Source: Eledone cirrhosa (taxonomy: Eukaryota). Taken from it: a stretch of DNA of 64,000 bases. The position numbers were made by a program, and so were the translations under genes. A model generated the notes under the pieces. It did not search any database, was not told where the DNA came from, and saw only the letters and a list, made by a program, of their open reading frames with translations. Shown here one piece after another: positions 37,821 to 50,849 of the stretch. Each line of letters begins with the position of its first letter. Position 1 is the first letter of the stretch. The stretch is from the NCBI GenBank assembly GCA_964016885.1, contig OZ024741.1, positions 177,196,001 to 177,260,000 of the forward strand, read 5' to 3'.

Positions 37821-40350
37821 TCATTGGTCATCGCTTCGAGTACGTGTTTTATGAGCTCCGCAAGGTAGTACATTTTCAAGGATTTTCTTTTGAATTAATT
37901 GTTGTATTATTGTTTTATGGCTTTTGAAAAGGGTTCGAAGATTTGCTTCTGTGTCCTGTGAAGGGGAGATTATATTATATTTGAACTTTGTTTTAAAAAA
38001 AAAATTATCGTGAAAAAACAAAACATGGCGGAGCCATTCCTCCCAATGCTAGATCTACCGTCTTGTGACATCGACTTAACAGTTGAGAGGAGGGACAAAA
38101 AAATATATATGGACAAACAAAACACTATTATAACTACAAACACAACATAAAAAAATGAAATAGACAACACCACCACAAACAACATGAAAAACGAAGAACG
38201 ACAGAAACATCAACTACAACAACAACGGCACCAAGAACAACACCGAAACCAACTGTAACACTGACAACAACGACAACACTAACAGCAACGGCAACAATAA
38301 CAACGATGACAAAATCACCTAAATACAAAGAGGAGTAAAAAGGCTATGAGCCAAAAATGATCACCAACGACAACAACAACAACTCATTCGCAGCTGCGCC
38401 TGCTAAATCCACACCATTTTTCAAAGGGTCACCTATTCGGATCATACGATTGAGATCTGAATAACCGATCTAGATAAAATGTGCAGATTAGGACCTAGTT
38501 ACTGGAAGCTGAACATTTAGTTTCCGGCACCTAAGGCTTACAGGGACCGGGTAAACAATTTTGTTAAGGAAAAGTTGAGGGGGCGGGTCGTCAACTTCAT
38601 ATGGTCGGAGCGTCTCAAAATGAGAGATTAAAGAAATGTGGAGATGTTTTAGTAAAGAAGTAGCGTTAGAGAAAGGAGTGAGAGCTGGTAACTAAATTAG
38701 TCGAGCCTATTTGTAGTGGTAATGCAACTGATGTGCCATCGGCAAAAATGGAATTAGACCATTTATTCGATACGAAACCTGAACCCTGCATTTTCAAAGC
38801 TAAGTTGCTTGGTCTAGGAAACGAGGGAACCAACGTTGTTCGTTGGGCCCGGGTAGCAGTGGCTCAGCGTGGTAACGAAACCAAAATATGTGAGGTATTT
38901 CGCCAGCACTTTGCACAGCTGATCGGTGGAAGTGGCAGGCTGGAAACGGTGACGAACTTCAGTCTCTACCTTGACGCCCTACCACGTCCCTCGACGACCG
39001 ATGCTGAGTGCTGTGAAAGGACATACATTCGGCCGAAATTTGGAATGCCCTAGTCTCTGCACGAGGCGCAAGTCACTGGTTTGGGTGTTCTGCTCTACGA
39101 GCTTTCCGTTGATATACCAGACTTTTTCTCCGATCTGCTCGTAGCGTTCTACTGCCACTGGTAGCAGAACGGGAGTATTCTCACTTCTGTGAGCCGGGTC
39201 ATAGTGATGCTGATGAGGAAATACGAGAACAAGAGAGATACTTCAGGCCCATAATTCTGCTCAACACAGAGTTTAAGATTTTGGCCATGGTGTTAGCGAA
39301 GAGTTTGACTTTTGTCATCACTTATTTCGCAGGGGAAGCGCAAATTTGCGCAATGCCGACCAGGCTCATAAATGACAACCTACACGCCATGCGATACATC
39401 TTAAAGAGGTTAGGATGTATATCATGTCAGGTCGTTGGTCAAAGTAAATGGCCACCTTTCGGAATTGTTTCAGATCATGCAATCAATCAAGGGTGTCCTC
39501 CCTACTCTCTTCTTTACATATTCACTCTCGAGCCTTTACTGCGGAAGCTGGGTCTAGTGCAGAGCATCCCATTCGAGGTGGATGCTGCAGTGTCGACATA
39601 TGCGAACAAGATCAACGTGAATGCGCCGAACAGCTTAAAAATTGAGGTGGTGGGCAACATTTTAGAAGAATGTGAAAGCGTGACAGGTGCAAAATTGAAC
39701 CCGGAAATATCGGTGTGTTTACGGATGGAAACTATCCTTGAAAGGTCGAGTGGAGTTGGCAAAATCCTACGTCACGTCCGTCATCTTGCGGATGGAAACT
39801 ATCGTTGAAAGGTCGAGTGGAGTTGGCAAAATCCTACGTCACGTCCGTCATCTACCATCACTTGGCCGTATAATGGCTGTAGTGAAAGGGGTTGTGTGAT
39901 GGACGAGGCAGAATGGACTGAAGAGCGACACTTTTGTCTACGGCCAATCACTCATCAACATTTTCAAATTTCACTATGAAAGGAGTGTGGTGTGAACAAT
40001 GAATTGCTGCCTCCCTGTACATTTGCTAAAAGAAGGGTGAATGTGGCGAGAATGGCCCGTATGAATGGCCTATTCTCAGCATCCACCTGTAGGATTGTTG
40101 ATTTGAAGAGGAGAGGTGTGACCTCCCAGGGTGCTCCAAAAGCGTCTGTGGTTCAACATTGATGGAGTACCTCAGTTGCCCCTGGGTGGTTCTACCTATA
40201 TTGAGGAATTTATTTTGTTATAATATTCCTGATGATTCTTATGTTTTATATCTTATTTACTCTTCTTTTTTAAATCCCCAAAGTCCCGTCTTGTGTATTG
40301 TCCCATATAATTTGGCACTTGTTGTCAATAAAGGAATTATTATTATTATT
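37821..40350 (+). mobile_element. Older, internally deleted Tx1 copy related to 15374-21363
   Basis: Same aaacaaaacATGGC ORF1 start context (38025); SFAAA; GPSYWKLN; FRPIILLNTEFKILA; NQGCP; AATAAA followed by (ATT)n at 40328-40350; ~67-bp tandem duplication at 39722-39852. Confidence 0.88.
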
Positions 40351-40352
40351 GT

Positions 40353-40575
40353 TGGTGGTGGGTTGGCAGAATTGGTAGAGTGCCGAACACTATGCTTTGC
40401 AGCATCGACTTACGGCCTTGTACGGTCTGAATTCAAATCTAGCCGAGGTTAGCTTTGCCTTTCATCCATAGGGGTTCGAAAACATAAAACACCAGTAACG
40501 TACTGGGGTCAATTTACTCGACTGTCTCCTCCCCTTCAAATTTCTGGCCATGTGCCTAAAGTAGAAATAATTATT
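40353..40575 (+). mobile_element. tRNA-derived SINE
   Basis: tggcagaattgg A box, gaattcaaatct B box, gctttgcctttcatcc core, gtgcctaaagtagaaataattatt end. Confidence 0.85.
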
Positions 40576-40965
40576 TTTTATTACTATAAACGAAATATAA
40601 TATAATATATAAGAATAGCAAATATTGTATAAACATGGTGAAATAAAATTATGTTTGCAATAATAGTAATCTGAATACACATTTATACAATATATTTAGC
40701 TTGCCAAAATAATATGTTTGAGAATGTTTATAATTAGTTATACGTATGGAAATAGTATCAACATAAATATATTGTTTAATTACTTAGGAAGTATATATTT
40801 TAACGAATGCTTCTGTATTGAATTTACATACATTTTATATGAAGAGATATCCGAGATTTGATGAGAAGCAGTTTGGAATGCAAATGTAACCACAGCTTCC
40901 AACTATTCATTCATTTTCTTTCATATTAAATATGGTATGTACACACATACACACACACACGCTCA

Positions 40966-41464
<499 letters not shown>

Positions 41465-41625
41465 TATATATATATATATATATACTTATATATATATGTA
41501 TGTATATATGTATGTGTGTGTGTGTCTGTGTCTATGTGCCTGTGTATGAGTAAATATACAAAGACAAATATATGCGTATATATATATATATATATACGTA
41601 TATATATGCATATATATATATATAT

Positions 41626-41822
41626 ATTGTTATATTTGGGGAGGGTCATATTTGCGTAATATTGCCAGAATTAATAACAGAACACACTCAGTGTTTGGTT
41701 GGTTTTCGCTTCTCGCTGTCTTTTATATATACATATCTGCGATCTAACTTACTCGGTCCTCAATGTTGCCATTGACTGACCGGCGGTCAAAAATAATACA
41801 GATACAATATAGACAAACACAT
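41626..41822 (-). mobile_element. Solo Naiad-type pLTR piece in (TA)n
   Basis: Homologous to 58745-58925, 59620-59817 (inverted) and 63440-63582 (inverted); related to 5480-5550. Confidence 0.75.
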
Positions 41823-41831
41823 ATATATATA

Positions 41832-41895
<64 letters not shown>

Positions 41896-41944
41896 TAGAA
41901 GCCGTTGTCGGCATTGCTCTGCTTAAAAATATAATTATTTCTTC

Positions 41945-42445
41945 TTTTAGTACAAGTCCAGCAATTACCCTACTGCATTATAGGTACTTTATGTTATGGA
42001 CCCCGTAAGGATAAAATGCAAAGTTTATTTCGGCAGAAGTTTGAACTCAGAACGTAAAGGCCCATAACTCTATGCTGCAAAGCATGGTGTCCGAGGTTCT
42101 ACCTATACTGCAAATCCATCAAAAATAATGTAATTTCATTCGAAACATTTCCAAGGGTATATTTGAAACTTCTAATATAGTTGTTTATTTTATGTAACAT
42201 GTTTCATTTGCAATATGAATCCATTTTTAGTTTCATTATTACTCCCCGAGGTTCCTTACGGGGTCGATAAAATAAAGTACCAGTAATGTACTGGCTATTT
42301 GTTGGCCTTGTGCCTAAAATAGAAACAATTATTACTCGCCGAGGTTAACTTTGCCTTTCATCCTTACTGGGTCGATAAAATAAAGTACCAGTAATACACT
42401 AGGTATTTGCTGGCATTGTGCCAACAGTAGAAACAATTATTACTT
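41945..42445. mobile_element. Cluster of SINE copies: one on the minus strand (~41945-42120) and two tandem 3' halves on the plus strand (~42245-42445)
   Basis: Repeated gggtcgataaaataaagtaccagtaat..ggccttgtgcc..tagaaacaattattact. Confidence 0.8.
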
Positions 42446-42459
42446 TCATATATTGCCTG

Positions 42460-42900
42460 TGTTTTAGTTTTCATATCACTAATGATATACAGTTGCAAAT
42501 ATGTTGTTTCTTCTTCTGAAAGTAGAAGAAGTGGTCCAATTCTGTCGTACACCTTCCCTTGAATCTTTAAAATGGCTATATGAGGCCACATTTATGGATG
42601 ATATTTTCACCAAATGATGTCATTTGTAATGCATTATTGGACTTCTGGATATTTTGAAAAAAGTGTCTTCATATAGTAGTTGTATCAATATGCAGTCCCT
42701 TCAAGTGATCTAGTGGTTCAGGTAATAATCTAAACTTAAACTTTAATTTTAAACAGCACAATGCAGTTGACTCACCATTTGGACAAATTATTGTGGAAAT
42801 TCAAATTAAATGTTCTGTGGCATGGTCATGATGTGGATTGTAACTAAATGTGGCAACGTTCCACTCGGCAAACTTTTAAAATCGTAAATCGTATGTCTTG
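42460..42900 (-). pseudogene. Helitron Rep/helicase N-terminal relic
   Basis: GESTALCC, NIQKSNNALQMTSFG and LKIQGKVYDRIGPLL..YLQLYI match Helitron 'NIRxYNSxFQMTSFG..FKVQGQVYHRIGSLLP..FLQIY'. Confidence 0.8.
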
Positions 42901-43270
42901 TTCTCTGCTCACAGAGTTTTTGAGTTGTTTGAACTTCAGTTTCTTCAATCCACCTTTCATGAAAAAAAAATTTATATATACACAATGTGTTACGAGAGAG
43001 CTTATTTAGTACAAATAGTTTTATACATTTACCATGTATGTGTGACTATTGGTTTCGCGTTCCAGTTATGGCCAGCTTTGTTTATTGGAGGCTGTTCCAA
43101 ACTGAACCTCATCAGGCACCAGCCAAAGGAATATCCTTTATCGTATATTTGTCGTGGTGCCTGATAAATGTTCAGTTTCGAAGGGCTCCTTCCAATATAC
43201 GTTTTTTTCCAATGGACGCACATACATATCAAGTTAGTGAAACTGTATTTATAGTATATATATATATATA

Positions 43271-43778
43271 TACTACCAAAATTAGATTAAAGATGCCATG
43301 TCTGAGAACATCAGAACCATGCACCATATCACCTGTGGAATAAGCAGAATGATTCCAAGAAATAAACCCGAGTATTTATTAACATTCAATTAAAAGTCAA
43401 ATGATATATATATATATTTGAAAAAAGGAAAAGAATGACTTCACTTGATGTGTTAAAAAATGTTTGATTTAATTTTGTAATATTATATTATTATTAGTTG
43501 GTAGATCCAGTAAGTTCTTTGTTAACTTCGGTGGGAAGAATTTTAGAGATTCCTGGTTAACTTGGGTTGGAGAACTTTTTCGCATTCTTCTGTCTGTATA
43601 TATATAAAATAAATATATCAAACAATGACAGGGGATCATTTGTAAAGAGTGTAATAGACACGGAGGTAACAATACAAATTAACAAATTAATTACAATATT
43701 TGAAATTATTCCACAGGTGATATAGCGCATGCTTCTGATATTCTCAGACATGGTATATTTAATGTAATTTTGGTAGTA
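43271..43778. repeat. ~510-bp element with ~72-bp imperfect terminal inverted repeats (MITE or inverted pLTR pair)
   Basis: 43271-43343 pairs with 43706-43778; both ends finish in TA and the left end abuts (TA)n. Confidence 0.75.
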
Positions 43779-44269
43779 TTTACGAATCCTAAGTATTCTA
43801 TTAGCAGAGCTTAACGGCAGGGTGATGTGTTTTTTTAAAAAAACTACATGTGATTTTAGTCGTTTTTCCCTGATTTGCTTTTAGCGTTTAATCAGAGATA
43901 GTTAAATCTTCTCCTTTGCCGATTATCCAAGATTTGACATCTATGATTCACCGATTAATGGAGAAATATATTTCTTCAATGGGATATATACAAAGGGGAT
44001 TAATCATTTTTCCAAGGTATCTATATTTAAGGTTCTTATTAATTTTTAACATGTTTACCTCCCTAACTATATGTGTTTACGCTCTTTACAAATTATTGTA
44101 TTTGCTGGTCGATTGAACACCCTTTCGTGTATATATGTGTGTGTGTGTGTGTGTGTCTGTGTGTTTGTGCGAGTGAGTTTGCGCGCGCGCGTGAGCGTGT
44201 GTGTGTTTGTGTGCGCGTGTGTGTATAATTGTGTGTTGTGTACATATAGACAGACAGATAGATAGATAG

Positions 44270-45213
44270 ATATCTTTATTTGCCATAAGGGCGTACAAAA
44301 ATGGGACCTTAAGAGACGTGACGGCGGGGATTTTACATAAAAATCTTTAAGAATAATGAATAACAATAAACTATATATAAAATATAACAATCGAAATTCA
44401 AAATAGGGGGAACGTTACTGCGGGGTTGTTTTATACCCCGTGGATAGAACAACCCTCAACACCGTGAGCACATTTTCTAGGTGTTCCCGTCTTCCCTCTG
44501 TTTGTCTTCCTCAACCTGCAGGTTTATATACAGCGAAGGCCTATTCACTCGGGCCACTTTCGCCACATTCAACTACCTTTCAGCGAATTTACTGAGATGT
44601 AGCACCTCTCTCTCCACTCTCACCTTCCTTCTGAAGTGGTATTTAAAGAAGGGCGTGAGTTGTTGTCCGCAGAGAAAGGTGTTTGCCCTCAGTCCTTTTA
44701 ATCTCGTCCTGCATATTCACTCTTTCGCCATAGCCACGAGACAAAAGGAATGCGCTCTCCTTCATTCTTAAACGAAGGCGGCGGGGTGATCCTCACGATG
44801 GACTCGGCTGACAACTGGATGTGTCACACACGTGACAGTAGCTGTTCGACATAATTCCACATGTCGGTCACACCCGAGCACTGAACAATTACGGTTTGAA
44901 TGTCCTGCTCGCATCTTGGATAGGTCCTTTTGGCAGGATCTCTGCCAGTGGTTCTGTACCTATAGGTTTTGTTTCGAACTGGAAGTTCTCTTCGGCAACA
45001 CTGCCAGGTCAGGGACCTCTGGAGATTATCCTTAAATCCTGGACGGTAAATCATCCCGAACAGACTGCTCAGTTCTTCCTCTTCGATGCCTAGATTTTCC
45101 CCGAGAATGTCGTCACACATATCCTCCACTAATCCCATGTAGAATGTCGAGGTGAAGTCTCCGCTGATTGCCGTTTGCTCAGGGTATGGGGCTGCGAGCG
45201 CCTGAAGGCACTC
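44270..45213 (-). mobile_element. Tx1 3' fragment inserted in a (GATA)n tract
   Basis: ORF 44824-45138 (DNLQRSLTWQCCRRELPV..CSGVTDMWNYVEQLLSRV) aligns with 20411-21103; AATAAA then (TATC)n; GATA repeats also at 45214-45226. Confidence 0.88.
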
Positions 45214-46109
45214 GATAGATAGATAGACATACAGATAAGGATTATATCCAGATGTCTCTTCGCCGTTACTATGTAGCTGTTGTTTTTTTTATTTGTTAAA
45301 TGAAATGTAAATGCTAAGCTTCGTCATGTGTTCCCGTATCATTGTGATTAGAATTGAAGGAAATCAATATAACGTCAACATTTCTAAATAACTGAGAAAG
45401 TTGTATATGTAATAATATAAAAAAAAGAGATATTTTCCATCAAAAGAAGTAAGAAGTAAGAGGATTTTCACAAAAGTTTTGACAACTTTTCTTGTTATGC
45501 AAAATAATCCCAGTGATTAGAGATTTGAATATATAAAATTAATTAATGGAAAATATAGGCCGAATTGATAATTCTCGATGGAAATATGTCATAGTTGACT
45601 GTCTCTGTGTGTGCTAATACATTAGAAATCTAATTTAAATAGATAAAGAACTGATAATTAATGGTATTTGCAGCAGGTCATTTTCTCAGTCTTAACCTGC
45701 TGTCGTGTAATTACTACACAGGCGTGAATGATTTTTTTTTTCAAGTTTCTTTTTCTTAAATGATGCTGCAGAAATATTAGAAGAGATTGTTGTTATTAGA
45801 AGTGTTCTGTAATTACGGTCTAACATTTTAATCAGACATCATTTTAAAATTCAATTTTTTTCCATTTCTTTCTAAAACTTTTTCAAGAATTTAAAAAACA
45901 CAACTTATGTTTATAATTAAAATGTAGGGCATAATTATTGTGTGTTGTTGAAACTAAGTCCTCACTATTTCTCTTCAGTGATGCCGGTCTGTTTCATCTT
46001 TTCCCCTATCTATCTCATCGCACGCGCACCATCGCACAAACAAATACGTATATACTCACACACGCTCGTACACATGTATGTATATATGTATATGTATCCA
46101 AAATCCAAA

Positions 46110-46570
46110 CTTTTATCACACCTATTGGAGGACGCCGTTCGTGGTTTACCTCCCTGCTTCCTACCTCTGGCCATATAGAGCTATGTGGGGTCGAGATATA
46201 TGCTCAGTTCGTCGTGTCATCTTGTCTTTCGCCGCCCTCTAATTCTTCTCCACTGCCTTGTTAGCCACACTCTCGCTCTAATAGACTATATCGTGTTTTT
46301 GAAACGATAGACGTGGCCAACCCATCTATGTTCGCACTTAGTGCTTGTACCGTTTATGTCCTTTACTCCAATCTACTGTCGAATCCAGGTGTTGCTCTTT
46401 CTGTCATCTAAGTTGATGCCGGGCATGATTCTCTCCATTTTACTGCAAGCTTCTGTACAGTAGTGGAGTTGAGTGCCAACGTTTCATTTCCATGAGACAC
46501 CACCGACAGAACATATTCATTAAAAAGCTTTCTTTTGGTTTCGATTGTTCACTTGGGACTTCCGTCCTAT
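46110..46570 (-). mobile_element. RTE-like LINE 3' relic
   Basis: Minus-strand fragments RWVGHV and GRRKTR. Confidence 0.5.
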
Positions 46571-46887
46571 TTCTAGGTTTGTCAGACAGAAAAAGAAATA
46601 AAACTTAAGAATGAAAGGCTTCAGTAAAGAAGAATTTTAGATGTATCATATTACTCCAGTTCAGGCAAAGCATTCATTTACTTATAAAAAGTAATACGAT
46701 ATGAAATATATATTGGAACAGCAATTAATAGAAATAATGTTTTAAGGAATTACAAATAATTCTCTTTAAATCTTCTTTTTCTAGCAGAAAAACCGCCCGG
46801 GGACTGTTTTCTCTCAGCATATATAGTTTGCATATTGGTATTATAGGCAAATATATATATGTAAATTGAAAAGTAAATTGACAATAT

Positions 46888-47515
46888 CTTCTTCTTCACC
46901 CACTTATTTCTGAGACGATCGTGGGGGCAGAGTCCTTCTCAAACACTCCTTCCAGTGAGTATGTCAGAGCAAACATCTCTAACTGATTCAGCTGGATCCT
47001 AAAGTGTGACCAGCCAATTTCATGGATGTTATCCAACTATCTTGCTCAGGGTCTAGCTTTGGGTCTCTTGTCGGTTGGTTTTTGCCTGTAAAATGTGTCC
47101 AGCGATTCTTTACTGACACATTCTAACCACATGCTCATAATATCGGAGTTGTGATCTCTCAATTCGGAGAAGTAGCGGCTCTACCAGGAGTGACACTCTA
47201 TCCACTTTATCGAGTAACGTTACTCCAAAGACCCTTCGGAGGATCTCATTTCTGCCGCTTTTATTTGCAATTGTATTGTTTTGGTCATTACTCAAGATTC
47301 ATGACACTCGGTAAGAGTTGGCAGGAATACCAGGAAGACAGCGAGTTTGGCTTTTACACCTCCCCACTTATTCTGATTGCTGAATGCTGAGGCTGGCGCA
47401 TTACTGCATCAGCTTTTGCAATTATTTCTCTTAATTCAGCCTCCTGCATTCCATCACTCATGAACACAGCTCCAAGATACTTGAACTTCTCTAACTGCTT
47501 CAGTAGAACTCAATT
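46888..47515 (-). mobile_element. RTE-X-like LINE 3' relic with (GAA)n tail
   Basis: EKFKYLGAVFMSDG; VEPLLLRIERSQLRYYEHVVRM; (TTC)n at 46888-46897. Confidence 0.8.
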
Positions 47516-47559
47516 CACATGTATATAAATTTGAGGGACTTCTGTCTACGCGTCCATCA

Positions 47560-50494
47560 CACAATAACTATTCAAACACATTTTTTGACAATTGGTTGTG
47601 GGTTTGTGGTAGGTAATTTGGCCTTTGAGAATAATGTTTTCAGGGATTTCGGTTGTCTTTTGCTTTTGATTATTTTGTATGTTTCAAGGGCTTTTTTCAT
47701 TCTTGGGTCTTGTTTCAATAGTGGGATGTTCTTGTGCATAGTGTTGTAAGCTTCCGCATTTCTTGGGTTGTGTGTTGAGATATATGATAGAATATTGAAC
47801 GTACCTTGAATTTGTTTCTGTTTTCGTAATTCCTCAATGCCTATTCCGTTAGCCCTTTCTATTCCATTATTTATTAGTAATGGTGGGTACTGTTTTTCGT
47901 GTAGAATTTCCTTTAATTCTTGAAGTCTTTTATTTCGCGTTTCATAATTGGAGACAATTGTGCAAATTCTTCTTGCTAGGTTAAAAGGGATGTCCGTCTT
48001 CCTGTGCTTTGAATGGTTGGAGGTGAAGGACATATGTTGTTTGGAATCTGTTGGTTTGTAGTGTATGTCAGGTTCAATATTTGTGTCTTTTATTATAATT
48101 AAGATGTCCAGAAATGAGAATTGATCTTGGCTGTATTTCATTGTGAATTGGTTGTGGTCATTGATGCCGTTAATTAAATTTTTGAAATCATTTAGTTGGT
48201 CGAGTGTGTGAGACCAAAGAATGAGACAATCATCCAAGTAGCGTTTCCAATTCTCTGATAAATATTTGTGGAAGTTCAATCCGTATTTTAATTTGGACTG
48301 TTCATATATCTGGACTTCCAAGTATTCTATGACTAAGTTGGCATAATATTGTAGCGACTTTTGTACCCAACACAGTCCCCTATATTTGCTTGTAAGTACT
48401 GCCATCGAAATTAAAAACGTTGTTCTGTAAAATAAATGTTAATCCCTCGGTGATGAAGCTTTTTTCTATTCTGTCAGATATCTAATTGGGATATTTCTCT
48501 AGCCAGAATCCCATTGCTTCTAGTCCATATTGGTGTGGGATAGTTGTGTAGAGATTCATTACATCGAAAGACACAATAATAGTGTCGTTGTTGGCATGTT
48601 TGGGGAGGTGGCTTAAGAGGTCTAGATAGTCTCCTACAAGGCTTGGTATGTGTTTGAGAATTGATTTTAGTAGTATGTCTATAAAGTTACTTAGTCTGTG
48701 TGTTTCACATTGTGGGCCTGCTACAATTGGTCTTAATTAAGATCTGTGGAGTATTGTGTGTTCACGCAGGTTGAGGTGGATTGTTTACATACATCGTTAA
48801 TTATTTTACACTACTGGATCTTCGGAAGACCGTAAAGGTTGCTGGTTTTGCATTCAAAATGTGTTAAATAATCGCGTTCCTTTTTAGTTAAGTGTTCCTG
48901 GTATCGACCAATGAATGTGTTTAATCTAGTGGTCGTTTTTGATTGCTGGTAGCGTTTTACTCTTTCATATTAGTTAGTATCTTTTAAGAGAGGGGGACAT
49001 AGAGTTTTTAATATTGTTCAGCATCCATAATGATGACAGTACTTCCCTTGTCCGCTTCCTTAATTATAATGTCGGTATTGTTTTTTACTTCATGGATAAT
49101 CTCCCATTCCCTTCGACTCGTGTTGGGTTTGGGTTTAGGTTGCGGTAGTTCATGGTATGGGAAAGTAGCTATGTGGTCACAACATTTGTGCAGAATTCTG
49201 TTCCTACCTTTTGTTGGGTGGTAGCTGCTTTTATTCCGTACAATTGATTGGTCGTTATTCTCCTTGTCAAAGAATTCCTCTGTGAGACGTAATTTTGTGC
49301 AGAAGTGTGAGATATCCTCATTTATCTCATTGAGGTTAGAGTATTGTGGTGTTGGTGTGCATTTCAGTCCTTTGGGGAGAATTTTAATTTGTTGGGCTGA
49401 GAAGTTTGTATTTGAAAGTCTGATTATTTTCGGTTTTTCAAAATCGGTTTGTGCCACCGAGTGTCGTGGGTTTGTAGCTTTGGTCTAAAAAATGATTTTT
49501 CTGAATTTCTTTTCATGGCTATTATTATAGCTAATGGCATTGCGTGGTCTTGTATAGAAGTTTCGGACGTATTGAGGTTCGGTTTGTTGACGGTCCGGGT
49601 AGTAGATTTTGTTCCTTTGTGTGGGTTGGGATCTACGATTTTGGAATAGGTTCTATGTGGGTTGGGGTCTACGGTTTTGGAATAGGTTTTGTGTGGGTTG
49701 TGATCTGCGGATCGGGTCCTCTCTTGTGTTGGGGGACATTCGTTTTTTTTAGCAGGGTTATAGTTTTGTCTATGGGTTCTGGGATTATCGTCATAGTTTT
49801 GCAGGGGAGTATGTTGGACGTGTTGTTACTGTTTATGTTATTTGTTGTGAGTGTCGTGTGTGAGTTTTAGTTTGTTTTAAAAATGGGTTACCTGTTTGTT
49901 GTTCATTTTTGAAATCCATTTCGTAGTTGTTGAAACAGATGGCACAAAATTCTCTAAAACGCTACAAAATATATTCCTAAATACGGGCGCGAAATTGAAT
50001 GTACTTGTTCACGTGACAGTCATAATTTCATTTATAAACAATCAAATTAAATTTATAAAAAAACGAACCCTTCGTCAACCACCTTTTTTTAAGTAAAAAA
50101 TTTCAAATACAAACTGGCGCGAAAGCTGGTGTGCTTTTTCACGCGACTGCATCAACCAACCTTCACTCATATATGAAAAAAGAACCCGAGCCCCCCTCCT
50201 TTTTTTAAGGCAAATATATTAAGAGCTTTATAAAGCGAACTGGCGCGAAATTGATTATACTTATTCACCAACGAACCAAATTACTTCTCTAAAAACCTAG
50301 CATTTCGAGCCATTTTTCTCCATATAAAACCGAAGTAACATTCAAACACTAACCAGATGTGAGAAAAACCACAAACCCGCCATCTCAATTCTACTTTTGA
50401 AAAGCTGAAGGATCGTGAAACCGGTAAAGGAACCAAATAAATATATATTTTAAAACAAAAAGACTCCAGTTGCATCTTTGATTTCATCTTTTTT

Positions 50495-50500
<6 letters not shown>
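47560..50500 (-). mobile_element. Neptune-type PLE (N-terminus + RT, endonuclease lost) with inverted pLTR at ~49900-50497
   Basis: KGLKCTPTP, IIIKEADKGSTVII, YGLPKI, RPIVAGP, SFDVMNLYTTIPH, WKRYLDDC, YKPTDSKQ, IPFNLARRICTI; frameshifted. Confidence 0.92.
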
Positions 50501-50530
<30 letters not shown>

Positions 50531-50531
<1 letters not shown>

Positions 50532-50699
50532 ATTGTTTCGACGGGTAATTCTGGACTAAATTAGTCCAGAAGTAGCCGTCGAAACGGCTTGTGCTGAGCC
50601 GTCGGAGTCCTACTCGTTCCTATTACCCACTCTGCTACCCTAAGTATTGAGTACTTTGGTGCGTTATGGTCCACCTGGTTCCTTACCACATTTCCTCCG

Positions 50700-50702
<3 letters not shown>
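50531..50702. mobile_element. Ultra-short PLE-like fold-back in (TA)n
   Basis: 25-bp arms gtttcgacgggtaattctggactaa / ttagtccagaagtagccgtcgaaac with a 1-nt spacer; the right arm continues through hammerhead stem III and the tail. Confidence 0.75.
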
Positions 50703-50738
<36 letters not shown>

Positions 50739-50849
50739 TATATGTCTGTGTGTTTTGGGGGTTTATTTTGTGTGTGTGTCATTATTAAATATAGAAATAA
50801 TGATGTTTGTTTACATTCTACGAATGTATTGACTACCTTTGAAAACGCA

